Shown: positions 18,010-30,402, counted from the stretch's first letter. The stretch is DNA of 44,563 nt from a virus (IMGVR_UViG_3300005805_000149:1-44563); one strand, 5' to 3'. Numbers and translations are program-made. Notes: a model not told the origin generated them from the letters alone.

Positions 18010-19332
18010 TTATAGTAGGTTGCTTACGATGACGCGTCTGTAGTATACGTTTGCGTCCTTTGTCATAGCACCAGCACCATATGCAGCACCTTCTGCGAAT
18101 GGATTTGCTACCATGCCGTAGCGAGTCTTGAAGCCAATCTTTGGCTGGAAGTTATCTTCGCCAACTGCACGAACCATTTGTAGAGGAACGTATGGGCAGT
18201 AGAAGATACCAGCATCGAATGCGCTTGCGCCCTTATAGCCAACTGTCATATAGTTGTCTGTTACGTATGGGTCGATGTAGACCTTAATACGACCGTTTAG
18301 AACACCAGCAAATGTGTTGCCTGTGTCATCAACGTTTAGAGCGTTGCTATTTAGAGCAGGAGCATAATCTAGAACACCAGCCATTTGCAATGCAGATGCA
18401 ACATCTGAAGAGCAAAGGATGATGTTACCCTTGCCACGACGTGTATCCTTGGCAATTTGGTTAGCTTCACGCTCAATCTGGAACAATAGACCCTTGAACT
18501 TCTCAACTGACCAACGACCGTTGGCATCGACGTCTAGGTCGAATGTACCAGCTGATGTTGTTGTGTTGGCACCGCGCTTAGCAACTACGTTGATTGTGCG
18601 GATAACTTCACGGTTGATTTCTACAAGAATTTCTGATTGTAGAATGTTTGACAACTCTGACTCAGCATCTAGACCATGAATTGCCTTCAAGTCTTGTGCC
18701 AATTCCATTGTGTACTCTGCCTTCAATGCACGGCTCTTTGCTTCAACAGAAACCTTCTCAATTGAGAAAGCCATGTTTGCAAATGAGTTGTTTGATTCAG
18801 CAGTAGATGTTGTCATACCACCAACAAAGTTGTAAGTATTTGACTCAGCATTATTTGCTGTGCCTGGTACTGTACCAACGTGGCGCTGACCTGGTAGGTT
18901 AACTGTTGAGTTACCTAGAGCTACTGATGAGAAGGCTGTGTTTGCTTCGTTGTAGAATGCTTCTGTTGCTGAGTTTGATTGGTCAACATACTTGCTTCTC
19001 ATAGCAAAGATCAAGCCTGTTGGACCTGTCATTGGCTGAACGCCGCAGACGTCATAAGCAACTAGGTTTGGCATTGAACGGCGAACCAAGCTGATTAGAA
19101 CTGGATCGTAGTTTGCAACGCCATCGCCGAAACCAGCTGTGCCAGTGTCGTTTGTTACTGAGTAAGCCTCAAGAAGAGCACGTGGCATACCGCCCTGTTC
19201 CTTCATTGAACGCTCTGTATTTTCTAGTAGCTGAGCTGTTACTGACTTACGTAGATTGTCCTTAATTGATGGAAGATCTGCGTGCTCAAGAATTGGCTGC
19301 CACTTCTTTAGAAGTTGTTCGTTAGAAAACAT
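18010..19332 (-). CDS. gp23: Major capsid protein
   Basis: KW.PILE, DPVLISLVRR, GVQPMTGPTGLIFAMR, SRALKAEY..ELAQDLKAIHGLDAE, FQPKIGFKTRYG. Confidence 0.99.
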   Translation of the reverse strand: MFSNEQLLKKWQPILEHADLPSIKDNLRKSVTAQLLENTERSMKEQGGMPRALLEAYSVTNDTGTAGFGDGVANYDPVLISLVRRSMPNLVAYDVCGVQPMTGPTGLIFAMRSKYVDQSNSATEAFYNEANTAFSSVALGNSTVNLPGQRHVGTVPGTANNAESNTYNFVGGMTTSTAESNNSFANMAFSIEKVSVEAKSRALKAEYTMELAQDLKAIHGLDAESELSNILQSEILVEINREVIRTINVVAKRGANTTTSAGTFDLDVDANGRWSVEKFKGLLFQIEREANQIAKDTRRGKGNIILCSSDVASALQMAGVLDYAPALNSNALNVDDTGNTFAGVLNGRIKVYIDPYVTDNYMTVGYKGASAFDAGIFYCPYVPLQMVRAVGEDNFQPKIGFKTRYGMVANPFAEGAAYGAGAMTKDANVYYRRVIVSNLL

Positions 19333-19360
19333 CTTTATTTCTCCTTTGGGGGTTATCTAA

Positions 19361-19368
19361 TATTTATA
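19361..19368 (-). promoter_or_regulatory. Late promoter (gp23)
   Basis: Exact TATAAATA, followed by an AAGGAG RBS. Confidence 0.85.
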
Positions 19369-19374
19369 AATTGG

Positions 19375-20241
19375 TTACTTTTGGACCGAACGAGAGATTG
19401 CTGCAGCGTACTTGTTCATGACTGGATCAACTGCCTTCTCTGCTGGAGCAGGAGCGACTTCCTCATTTAGTTGTTGCTGAGCATTTGACTCTACCTTCTT
19501 AGCAGCAAAATATGATTCCTTGATCATACCTAGCTTCTTCTTATATGAAGAAACGTCGGCATACTCTAGGCCTTCTGCTAATGTGCGAAACTTCTCTACT
19601 TGAGTTGCAGCTAGGCCTTCTGATACTTCAGTAAATGCCTTCTCTGCTTCTGCTGTTTCTAGCTTCTTAGATAGTTCAATATTTTCATTGATTGATGCAG
19701 ATAGCTTAGCTTTTAGTTCTTCAACTTCAGCAGCTGTCTGGGCTAGTACATCTAGCTTCTCTTCTGGAGCATCAACATAATGTTCTGTGAAAAGACCCTT
19801 TAGGCCTTCCATAAAGCTCTCAACTACTTCGGCCTTAATACCGCTTTCAATTGCTAGCTTGTTCTCTTCTACCCATTGCTCTACTACGTAGTCTAGGTAG
19901 CTGTCAATCTTCTCTACTAGGGCTTCTTCAATTGCACCAACTTCTTCAGTTAGGCGTGCTTCGTATTGCTCTTCTAGAGATGCTACAACGCCAGAAACCT
20001 TCTCGTTGATAGCAGCTTCAAAAATGACCGTTGCTTTTTCTCTGAAATCCTCTGATAGTTCTGAACCATCAAATAGAGCAGCTAGGTCCTCTTGTACGGC
20101 CTTTAGCTTTTCCATTGGCATGCCAGTATCTTTCTTGGCTGCCTTTGATGAATCCTTACCACCAGCTGGGTCTACAGGACCGGCAACAGATGCATTAACA
20201 CCTGGTACCTTAAAATCTTCTTCGTGAAGTACTTCTGACAT
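19375..20241 (-). CDS. gp22: Prohead scaffold protein
   Basis: LSEDF..KA..IFEAA, DSYLDYVVEQW, IKESYF; lies between gp21 and gp23; start at ATG 20241. Confidence 0.95.
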   Translation of the reverse strand: MSEVLHEEDFKVPGVNASVAGPVDPAGGKDSSKAAKKDTGMPMEKLKAVQEDLAALFDGSELSEDFREKATVIFEAAINEKVSGVVASLEEQYEARLTEEVGAIEEALVEKIDSYLDYVVEQWVEENKLAIESGIKAEVVESFMEGLKGLFTEHYVDAPEEKLDVLAQTAAEVEELKAKLSASINENIELSKKLETAEAEKAFTEVSEGLAATQVEKFRTLAEGLEYADVSSYKKKLGMIKESYFAAKKVESNAQQQLNEEVAPAPAEKAVDPVMNKYAAAISRSVQK

Positions 20242-20281
20242 TGTATTTTCTCCCAAATAATTTACGTAAATTGGTTAATAT

Positions 20282-20289
20282 TATTTATA
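20282..20289 (-). promoter_or_regulatory. Late promoter (gp22)
   Basis: Exact TATAAATA. Confidence 0.8.
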
Positions 20290-20292
20290 AAA

Positions 20293-20952
20293 TTAAAGTT
20301 TTGACAGGAAGTCAGACCAGGTTCTTAACATTGTTTCTTCCAAAACACGCTTGTTTGGCTTGGCAGCTGCCTTCTCAATCTCTTCTTTATACAGTTCAAT
20401 CTGCTGAGCCTTCAGCAAACCATTATCCCAAACCCACTCTACACCTTCCATAATACCGTTGACAAATGCACCTGGTGCTGAAGGGTCAGCTACAATATCA
20501 GCAGCTGTGGCAAGAGTAAAGTCATCTTGGACTTCCATAATGCCATTTTTATCTTTTAGTGAACCCATACCACGAGATGAAACACCTAGAGCACCGCCAC
20601 CTTGAATAATGTTCTTGGCAATGTTACCCATTGGTGTTTCAAGAATCTTAGCACGACCAACAATGTTTGATCCATCTCTTTTTAGTTCCGTAATCATGTG
20701 TGAAATACGGTCAAGATTAATTTGTGGGCCTTCTGGGTGGCCTAGCTCACCAAAAGCTCTCTTTGTATCTACGTATTCTTTGACGTAGCGGTTAACTTCC
20801 TTTTCCATTACAGGCATAGGATAGATACGGCCATTTCTATTCTTTAGGTCAGCCTGCATGAAGACACCTTCAATATAGAAGTCCTTCTTGCCATCTTCCT
20901 TTTCTTCTGTAATTAGTTGTACTTCTTCTAGTACTTCGCAGATTAGTTTCAT
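20293..20952 (-). CDS. gp21: Prohead protease
   Basis: KNRNGRIYP, GELGHP, GVSSRGMGS, DIVADPSAP. Confidence 0.97.
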   Translation of the reverse strand: MKLICEVLEEVQLITEEKEDGKKDFYIEGVFMQADLKNRNGRIYPMPVMEKEVNRYVKEYVDTKRAFGELGHPEGPQINLDRISHMITELKRDGSNIVGRAKILETPMGNIAKNIIQGGGALGVSSRGMGSLKDKNGIMEVQDDFTLATAADIVADPSAPGAFVNGIMEGVEWVWDNGLLKAQQIELYKEEIEKAAAKPNKRVLEETMLRTWSDFLSKL

Positions 20953-20964
20953 TGTTGTTCTCTC

Positions 20965-21231
20965 TTATTTGTATGCAACTGATGCAGCTTTAACAGTACC
21001 ATTTGTTGCTGCTAATGTATCTGTTGGTTCCTTGACAAGATACATTTCACTACCGTCGGTGCCAGCAAAATTAAGAGTAAATGTAGCAATTGTACCGCTA
21101 CTATTGGCAATAGTAATTGTTGAAGCAGTTGTTGTATTTGAATTGAGCAATCTAACAACACTAGCTAAATTTACATTGTTTGCTGTTGTTAGAGCAATTT
21201 CTGAAGCTTTAAATTTTACGTAATCTGGCAT
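20965..21231 (-). CDS. Small beta-rich hypothetical virion protein
   Basis: 88 aa, A/T/N-rich, K.P.D.L C-terminal pattern; in the head operon. Confidence 0.55.
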   Translation of the reverse strand: MPDYVKFKASEIALTTANNVNLASVVRLLNSNTTTASTITIANSSGTIATFTLNFAGTDGSEMYLVKEPTDTLAATNGTVKAASVAYK

Positions 21232-21233
21232 TG

Positions 21234-21515
21234 TTATACACCCATGTGTGGTATTTTCATTTGTCTGATGTGAGTTTTTAATATTGGTCTTACATCAGCT
21301 TCTGGATACTTTTCTTTTGCGTTTCTTAACTCTGTAGCAAGCTTAGGATGGTTACTATACTTACTAATTAACCTTTCTGCATGCCCCGCCGGAATTTTAT
21401 TACGCATTTCTGCTCTAAGCTCTCCAGCAGCCTTTCTAACTTTCATTGGATTCTTGCTATGCAAGGCTCCTTGTAGTTCACTTTCTTCATTAAGATAATC
21501 TATAAAACCTTTCAT
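21234..21515 (-). CDS. Probable internal head protein
   Basis: N-terminal MKGFIDYLNE resembles the T4 capsid-targeting sequence; basic protein in the head operon. Confidence 0.55.
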   Translation of the reverse strand: MKGFIDYLNEESELQGALHSKNPMKVRKAAGELRAEMRNKIPAGHAERLISKYSNHPKLATELRNAKEKYPEADVRPILKTHIRQMKIPHMGV

Positions 21516-22363
21516 GAACCCACATTATCATGTTTATTAACTGATTGCAGCATATCCTTCATTTTTTTGAATGTGTCTGCTTTATGAACAAGTCTTGGTG
21601 TAGCCATTATATGTCGACGAACTTCATTATTAGCATCCCTTCTATCTTCTTCCATTAGCTTTGGTGTACCAGCTTGTCTATTATCGTTGCGTTGCTTTTT
21701 ACGGTCTTCCATTTCCTTTTTTAGAAGGTCACGAGCAATTTGTTTTTGCTTTGGAAGCAATGGTAAATTTTCATCAACCTGCTCTGCTTCTTCACCCATC
21801 TGTGCTTTCTTACCAACTAACTTATAACCCATCTTCTCATAATCCTTTCTGCCACGCTCGGCATCTTGAACTGAGAAGTGTGTAACCTTGAAAGGCTTCT
21901 TTGTTGCATGCTTGTAGTGCATCTCTACACCAACAACTTGCTTTTTAGCTTCTTTCACTTCCTTCTTATTTTCATCATCCTCATCCTCATCATCTTCGTC
22001 TTCATCCTCATCATCATCTTCATCTTCGTCTTTGCCATTCTCATAGCTAGGGCCCATCATACCCATCATTTCTGATAGCTTGGCAATCTTAGCATCTCTT
22101 GACTCAGGAATATTGTATGCAGCTTCTGATTCACCTGGTGCATCATGCCCATGGTCGTCATTTGCTCTTTCACCTTGACCTGGACCTTTGATATAGTCAA
22201 CATTCTTTCTGATTAAGTCGGATGGACTTTCAGTAGAAATGGAATCCTTACCTTGGAAGTCCATAACCTTCATACCATGCTTAGCCACAAATTCCTGCTC
22301 ATCACCAGGAACAGGCTTTGCAACCTCTACTAGTTTCTTTAATGACTCGCGCATTGTGGCCAT
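21512..22363 (-). CDS. Charged prohead core / internal protein
   Basis: Poly-D/E tract and several hydrophobic-x-E putative gp21 sites; lies between the gp67-like gene and gp21. Confidence 0.55.
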   Translation of the reverse strand: MATMRESLKKLVEVAKPVPGDEQEFVAKHGMKVMDFQGKDSISTESPSDLIRKNVDYIKGPGQGERANDDHGHDAPGESEAAYNIPESRDAKIAKLSEMMGMMGPSYENGKDEDEDDDEDEDEDDEDEDDENKKEVKEAKKQVVGVEMHYKHATKKPFKVTHFSVQDAERGRKDYEKMGYKLVGKKAQMGEEAEQVDENLPLLPKQKQIARDLLKKEMEDRKKQRNDNRQAGTPKLMEEDRRDANNEVRRHIMATPRLVHKADTFKKMKDMLQSVNKHDNVGS

Positions 22364-22373
22364 GGATATCCCC

Positions 22374-22577
22374 TTATTGTTCTACTGGTGCTTCAGCTGG
22401 AGCCTCAATTGCTGGGGCTTCGGCTTGTGGATTCATTACTGCATGGGCAACTTCTGGATACATTGCATCCAACCTAGCTGCTACCTTTGTGTTGATTGCA
22501 GTTTCAAACTTATCAAGGAATGTTGCTGCATCCTGGTTGATAACTGCACCAATCATGTCTCTTACTTGTTCTGTCAT
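22374..22577 (-). CDS. Small prohead core protein (gp67-like)
   Basis: Short helical acidic ORF directly after the portal gene; GGAG RBS before ATG 22577. Confidence 0.65.
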   Translation of the reverse strand: MTEQVRDMIGAVINQDAATFLDKFETAINTKVAARLDAMYPEVAHAVMNPQAEAPAIEAPAEAPVEQ

Positions 22578-22598
22578 ATAATACTCCAATATTCTAAT

Positions 22599-22606
22599 TA
22601 TTTATC
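22599..22606 (-). promoter_or_regulatory. Late promoter variant
   Basis: GATAAATA in the gp20/gp67 intergenic gap. Confidence 0.55.
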
Positions 22607-22617
22607 AATTTGTTCAA

Positions 22618-24174
22618 TTAAACCTGTTCAGTATCAGCTCTACGCTGCTGCAACTGGGCTTGTTGCTGCTGCATATCGGCATTTGCATCTTGCTGCTCAG
22701 CCTGCTGCTGAAGGATTGGGTCTTTGCTATTCTCTTCTTCCATTTGTTCAATATCATCGTCTGACAGACGTAGAACCTTCTTACGAACAAAGTTACGAGA
22801 GTAGTAAACACCAATCATGTCTTCCATATTCTTGACAGTGTTGACTCTATTAGTGATAATCTCAGCTTCTTTCAACTCTGTGAAGTAACCATCTTGGACA
22901 TAGTCAAACTTAACCTTTGACATAATATCTAATAGTTCTTCTTGGGCAACAATACCTTTTAGAACTAGTTGCTTACCAAGAGCATCCTTAAACAATACAG
23001 AAAATTTCATTCTTAGACGGTCAATAAATTTAGAGAATCTTAGTTCTTCTCTAGTAATCTCAGATGATCTGCCTAGGCTGAATCCTTGCTCGGAGTTTAA
23101 TCTTGTTACAGGAACATGCAAGGATTGATACAATCTCTTCTGAAAGTATACAACATCATCCATTTGACCCAAGTTTGCGCCTGCTGGAAGTGTTGTAATT
23201 TCTGTGCCCTTGCCACCTTCGCGGCGAGGAATCCAAAAGTCCTCTGTCATCGTCATAAACTTTCTATCGTCTCTGACTTCACCAGTTGTAGCATCATATA
23301 CCAATCTATTCTTATGACGCTGCATCATATCAGCAAGATATTGCTCTGCCTTCATCTTTGGAAGGTTGCCAACATCAATATAGTATACTCTTCTTTCTGG
23401 TGCTCTTGTTAATCTATAGATAACAGAAGCATCCTCTAGCATACGTAATTGGTTCATTGGCTTAATAGCCTTATGAAGGTATGATAGAACGTATGAGTTG
23501 TTTTCGTCTAGTAGGCCTGATGATACTAGAACAATTGAATCTCTAGCAATTCTCAAACCATTTGTAGAAGATGTAACTTCCTTAGATTGGAAGCCTTTAT
23601 CATTATACATGTAGTATTCATTTTGGACAGTAATTGTTGTATTTTTTTGCTTCTTGATCTCTCTAATCTTTCTAATCTTTCTAGGATCAATGTAACGAAG
23701 CTCTTTAATACCATCTTGTGGATTAGTTGTATCAATGATTACGTGGTAGTATAATCTACCATCTACATACCATCTTCTAATAATATCAAAGCCAGATGAT
23801 GAAAAATCAAGTAGTTTCTTTACTTCATCAAACTCATCTGTAATTTTATCTTTGAGTTGCTTTGAGAATTCTAGATCGTCAAGATTGATATTGACCTGCT
23901 CTTGGTTTGAATCATAGGAGATCATCTCACCTACAATTTCTTCTACAGCAGTTTCAATTTCTGGTTGGAGAGATAGTTGACGATATCTTGTGATTAGCTC
24001 AGCTTCAGTTCTTGCAGTACCTTCTAAGTCAACATAGGTACCAACAACGCCGCCACCTGATACGATAACAGCGCCATCATCATTTACAGGAGGAACGAAG
24101 GAAGGCTGAGTGACAGCCATTATTTGTGGCTGTTCCTCTTCCTTTCGTTTAATTTCAAATCCAAATAACTGCAT
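22618..24174 (-). CDS. gp20: Portal vertex protein
   Basis: LFGF, WYVDGR, YIDPRKI, RAPERRVYYIDVGNLPK.KAEQY, EDFWIPRREGGKGTEITTLP. Confidence 0.98.
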   Translation of the reverse strand: MQLFGFEIKRKEEEQPQIMAVTQPSFVPPVNDDGAVIVSGGGVVGTYVDLEGTARTEAELITRYRQLSLQPEIETAVEEIVGEMISYDSNQEQVNINLDDLEFSKQLKDKITDEFDEVKKLLDFSSSGFDIIRRWYVDGRLYYHVIIDTTNPQDGIKELRYIDPRKIRKIREIKKQKNTTITVQNEYYMYNDKGFQSKEVTSSTNGLRIARDSIVLVSSGLLDENNSYVLSYLHKAIKPMNQLRMLEDASVIYRLTRAPERRVYYIDVGNLPKMKAEQYLADMMQRHKNRLVYDATTGEVRDDRKFMTMTEDFWIPRREGGKGTEITTLPAGANLGQMDDVVYFQKRLYQSLHVPVTRLNSEQGFSLGRSSEITREELRFSKFIDRLRMKFSVLFKDALGKQLVLKGIVAQEELLDIMSKVKFDYVQDGYFTELKEAEIITNRVNTVKNMEDMIGVYYSRNFVRKKVLRLSDDDIEQMEEENSKDPILQQQAEQQDANADMQQQQAQLQQRRADTEQV

Positions 24175-24200
24175 ATTATATAACCTCTAGTCAAGAGTAG

Positions 24201-24227
24201 GAGGGCCGCTTATATTTAGCGGCCCTC
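24201..24227. promoter_or_regulatory. Perfect 10-bp inverted repeat between gp19 and gp20, overlapping a TAAATA motif
   Basis: GAGGGCCGCT-tatattt-AGCGGCCCTC; the minus strand reads CTAAATA across the loop; no U-tract. Confidence 0.6.
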
Positions 24228-24238
24228 TCTATCCATTA

Positions 24239-24775
24239 TTATTCTTGACCGTCGGCTGGGACTGCCCAGTAATCTAGAGCAAACTCGCATTGGAATTCTT
24301 CAATAGCGTTACCATTTTCCCATGATAGTTCAATTGGACCAATTGAAAGTGGGAATATACCTTCGAAGACATATGTGCGTAGTTCTTCACCTGTCTTGCT
24401 GAACTGAATAACTTCAGCTCTTGACTTATACTCGGATGGTGCAGATGTTGCAAATTCACGAATGTTACCAGAGTATGAGTTAATATTATATGACCAAGTT
24501 TCCAGCGCCTTTCTAACCTTAAAGTCTTCATCATTAATAACTGTTACTGTCCAGTTATCAAAGATTCTTTGGCCAGCCAACTTGATTGGACGACCAAAAT
24601 AGAAGACTTCAATTGGCGAGACTGTTGAAGCTGGAATCTGTGATGCCTTTACCATGAATGGTACAACCGAATCTGCTTCTGACGTTGCTGGGTTGCTTAG
24701 TCTAACTTGGAAAAGAGATGGGCGAGCACCACCAAGTGCTAGCTGACTCTTAATTTCGTTAATATCGAATGCCAT
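24239..24775 (-). CDS. gp19: Tail tube protein
   Basis: GGARPSLF, GR.IKLAG.R.F..WTVTVINDEDF, FP..IG.IELSW. Confidence 0.96.
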   Translation of the reverse strand: MAFDINEIKSQLALGGARPSLFQVRLSNPATSEADSVVPFMVKASQIPASTVSPIEVFYFGRPIKLAGQRIFDNWTVTVINDEDFKVRKALETWSYNINSYSGNIREFATSAPSEYKSRAEVIQFSKTGEELRTYVFEGIFPLSIGPIELSWENGNAIEEFQCEFALDYWAVPADGQE

Positions 24776-24794
24776 GTACGTCTCTCCTTATCTA

Positions 24795-27107
24795 TTAAAA
24801 TTGGCCAACGACTTCGCTGAACTCGACACCAGTGCGTACTGCTACGAAGTTTAGCTGGATGAAGTTGATTGAGCGAGCAGGCTTGATGTAAATGTCACCA
24901 ACAAACTGATTGCTATCAATTACTTCAGGCGTGTTGTTTGTTGTATCACAGACTACCTTAAAGTCATAGATACCACGACGGCCTTGGATCTCACGTAGAA
25001 ATGGCTCTACCAAGTTGCGGAACTGGGCTCTTGTGAAATCATCATTGAACTCAAATAGCGTAAACTTAGCAGCTGTAGCAATTGCCTTCTCAAGGACAAT
25101 AAACAATCTGCGTACGTTAATTCTATCAAACGCTGATGGCTTAGCAAGTAGAGTCTTATCACCAAACAACAATGTACCTTGACCAGGGAATGTTACCACT
25201 GGGTTGACACCAGCCTTATATAGAGTGTCTCTATCTGGCTTGTCTGGATTATATGCTAGCTTAACAATGTTCTTGATCTGACCTCTGTTGAAGCCTGCTG
25301 GTGAGAACCATGGATCACGAATGTTGTCTGTTCTTACACATAGACCAGCTGTATCACCATTTAGTGGTACAAAGCGGTATACGTCGTTATAACGATCATA
25401 TGTATACTTGTAGCCAGAATCTAGAACACCATAAGATGTTGATCTTAGAGCATTTCTAAATTCTACAATGTTATCAGCCTGTACGCCAGATTGGACACCA
25501 ACAACGTCACCCCTTTCTGGTGAGGCAAACACTACACAGTCCTTACGAACCTCTGCAATATTGTCGACTAGATAGTTGGCTAGTTGTTCACCATATGTGC
25601 CGCCTCTTGCCTTACCTGTTAGAAGTAGTGACACATCAACTTCTTCTGCTGATGCAAACTTATCATAAGCAGCAGCAAGATATGAGAAGGCAATGTTAGC
25701 TTCACCACCACCATCTGCACCACCGGCAAATGATTTTGTTGTTGGCTTAGCGTTGACGTCTGATGAAGACATGTTTACAGCTGTATTTGATGCAGCTGAA
25801 CCATTGTCCTTGAACCACCAAAGATATTCTGAACCGTTATTGATAACGTCTCTATAGTAAATTGCGGCGCCTTCTTTTTTAGCATCTGTGGCACGAGATA
25901 GTCTTTCAAACTTCTCTAGAACTGTACCTTTGACACCTGAGAACAAGCCATCCTCATCAGCAACAATTACGTGTAGCTCATCTGATGAACCACCACGCTC
26001 TTGAACAAATGCTGATGTACCTGGAGCTGAATCTACTTCATTGAAGAATTCCCAGAAGCGTGTTACTGCATTAGCTGATGTTGAGTTTGTTGACTTAGAA
26101 ACTGCAGCTGAACCTGTGTATAGGTCTTCAAAGTTAATTGTTGATCTTACAACACCATTTGAAACACCTGATGTAGCACCAACTGCTGTAATCTTCAAGT
26201 ACTGCGAACCAACCTTTAGTCTGTCACCCACTGTTAGAAGATCTAGCTGTGTGTTTAGTTCTGTATTTGCTAGTGAGTTAGCAGCAGCTGTTGAGCCAAG
26301 TGTAACTGTAAATGCAGCACTTGAACCAGCTGATGTGTTACCATTTGTCGAGTTGGCACCAGCTGTTGAGTTAGCAACCTGTACGACAATTACCGATGTG
26401 TTTGGGAACTGGCCGCCACCAACAACTGTTACTGATGTAATACCACCAGTTGAGTTTGTTACGATTGTGCAGTTACCTGTGTTTGAAGCACCGTTTGATA
26501 GAACAATAACGTCTGCGTTATTGTAACCAGAACCACCAGCAGAAACTGTAATTGTTACTACGTTTTGTGATGCTTGAGTTGCAGTCAATGTACCTGTATT
26601 TGCACCAACACTTACTGCAAAGGACAGTGTGTTGTTTGCATTGTTTACAGATGACATTACATTTGATTGGTAAGCATTTGCAGAGTCACAAATGGAAACC
26701 TTTAATGAGTTACCAATTGAACCAGGATACTTGGCACGGTAAATTGCACCCTGTGCAGCACCTGTGGTTTTTGTTAGGTAATCATCCAAATTCTGAACCT
26801 GTAGGTCAGTGGCAGCTGTTGTGTTTGCATATGCATTAAATGCATTTGCGTCAGCAGCACGGACAACATATAGCTGGTTGCCATATGCTAGGAATGAAGA
26901 TGCGACATGGAAAGTTTCGAAGTTGTCATCACTTGGCTTACCAAATGTTTTGACTAGTTCAACTTCTGAAGAAATATTTACGCGTTCATTTACTGGACCA
27001 AAGCGGAATGTACCTGCAATACCACCTTCTGTGGTAGAAACAGCAGGAACCACTGTCGTCAAGTCGATTTCGCTTACATTTACGCCTGGGCTAACTTGAA
27101 ATGCCAT
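24795..27107 (-). CDS. gp18: Tail sheath protein
   Basis: FQVSPGV...EIDLT, PWFSPAG.NRG, FDRINVRRLF, IKPARSINFI.LNF; start at 27107 with a GAGGAG RBS. Confidence 0.97.
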   Translation of the reverse strand: MAFQVSPGVNVSEIDLTTVVPAVSTTEGGIAGTFRFGPVNERVNISSEVELVKTFGKPSDDNFETFHVASSFLAYGNQLYVVRAADANAFNAYANTTAATDLQVQNLDDYLTKTTGAAQGAIYRAKYPGSIGNSLKVSICDSANAYQSNVMSSVNNANNTLSFAVSVGANTGTLTATQASQNVVTITVSAGGSGYNNADVIVLSNGASNTGNCTIVTNSTGGITSVTVVGGGQFPNTSVIVVQVANSTAGANSTNGNTSAGSSAAFTVTLGSTAAANSLANTELNTQLDLLTVGDRLKVGSQYLKITAVGATSGVSNGVVRSTINFEDLYTGSAAVSKSTNSTSANAVTRFWEFFNEVDSAPGTSAFVQERGGSSDELHVIVADEDGLFSGVKGTVLEKFERLSRATDAKKEGAAIYYRDVINNGSEYLWWFKDNGSAASNTAVNMSSSDVNAKPTTKSFAGGADGGGEANIAFSYLAAAYDKFASAEEVDVSLLLTGKARGGTYGEQLANYLVDNIAEVRKDCVVFASPERGDVVGVQSGVQADNIVEFRNALRSTSYGVLDSGYKYTYDRYNDVYRFVPLNGDTAGLCVRTDNIRDPWFSPAGFNRGQIKNIVKLAYNPDKPDRDTLYKAGVNPVVTFPGQGTLLFGDKTLLAKPSAFDRINVRRLFIVLEKAIATAAKFTLFEFNDDFTRAQFRNLVEPFLREIQGRRGIYDFKVVCDTTNNTPEVIDSNQFVGDIYIKPARSINFIQLNFVAVRTGVEFSEVVGQF

Positions 27108-27153
27108 CGTGATTCTCCTCGTAGACAAATCTATTGAATAAAGCTACTGAAAT

Positions 27154-27161
27154 TATTTATA
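27154..27161 (-). promoter_or_regulatory. Late promoter (gp18)
   Basis: Exact TATAAATA. Confidence 0.85.
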
Positions 27162-27181
27162 AATTCCCTAGGTTCATGTTT

Positions 27182-29256
<2,075 letters not shown>

Positions 29257-29273
<17 letters not shown>

Positions 29274-30402
29274 TTATTGGGTCATCTACTGGAAAATTGG
29301 GGTTTGTATTTGTTGTAATGATAAAGTCCCAATTATCGTTAGCAGCAATACTATTAGCGGTAATTGATATTTCAGCGTTTGTGGTTGGATCACCATTAGC
29401 ATCCAATCCAGGTGTTACGGTAACAGTTGTGTAGAATAGCTCAGAGCCAAGCGTTACATCAAATACTGCACCAGTACCTGCTGAAGTGTTACCATTTGTT
29501 GCATTAGATGTAGTTGTAGTATTAGCAACTTGAGTTCTGATAATAGATGAATTTGCAAAGCTACCACCAGTTAGTATTACTAGGCTGGTAATAGAGCCAG
29601 TAGCATTTGTTGTAATCTTAGCAGTACTGTTGCTTGTGCCATTAGAGAATGTAATAATCTGATTATTGACATATCCACTACCAGCATTTGTTACCCCAAC
29701 CCTAATCACTGCATTTGGTCCACTATTGGCTGTCTCAACATCAGCCTCAAAACCAGGAGCAACGAATGTTCTTGTTAGAGCAGTGTTGATAATATTCTTA
29801 TCCTTAACAGGACCAAATACATAGCCCTTCATTGTAAAGTTTAATGTATGGATAATAGTTCTTCTATTTTCATATGAATCTTCATAGGTATCCTCTGTTG
29901 TGATTGTATTCAATACCAATGGAACATCCATACGAAGATCTAGATCATCAACTAGCTTAATAGTGTTTGTCCACTCTGGGGTAAAGTACGGCAGTATCTG
30001 CTCAATTAACATTGTACCATCTTCAGCATTTAGGACATAGATTGACAATTCAAAATCAATATTATATGGTACAGGATTATAGACAGAGGAGTTTTTCATA
30101 TCCTGGTCAGCTGGTGTTTTAATCTGGCCCACAGTTGTTAACTTCCTTGTTCCATCATAATTATACCCAGCTATCTGAAAGCTCATTCTTGGAAGACTAA
30201 TAGCATCAGGCTTTGTAAGATTTGGGTCTTGCTGAATTCTTGATAAGAACTTTGCTCTTGGACCATAGGCAATAGGTACCTTGATACGTTTGATGATTGT
30301 ACCAGCGTTGTTTCTTCTATGAACAACCATGTCATTGAACATTGTGCCAAACACAATGACATAGCGTCTGATTGTTTCGTGATAAAACTCGTTACCAAAC
30401 AT
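29257..30402 (-). CDS. gp15: Tail sheath terminator with an inserted ~90-aa domain
   Basis: FYHETIRR..I.FG..FN, VPIAYGP, LPRMSF, PVPYN, EQILPYF.P. Confidence 0.93.

Noticed and set aside
21965-22035. tcatcc/tcatct microsatellite-like run
   Set aside because: Simply encodes the Asp/Glu tract of the core protein
22239-22835. 198-aa plus-strand ORF and other short plus-strand ORFs across the window
   Set aside because: Antisense to well-supported conserved genes, with no recognisable motifs
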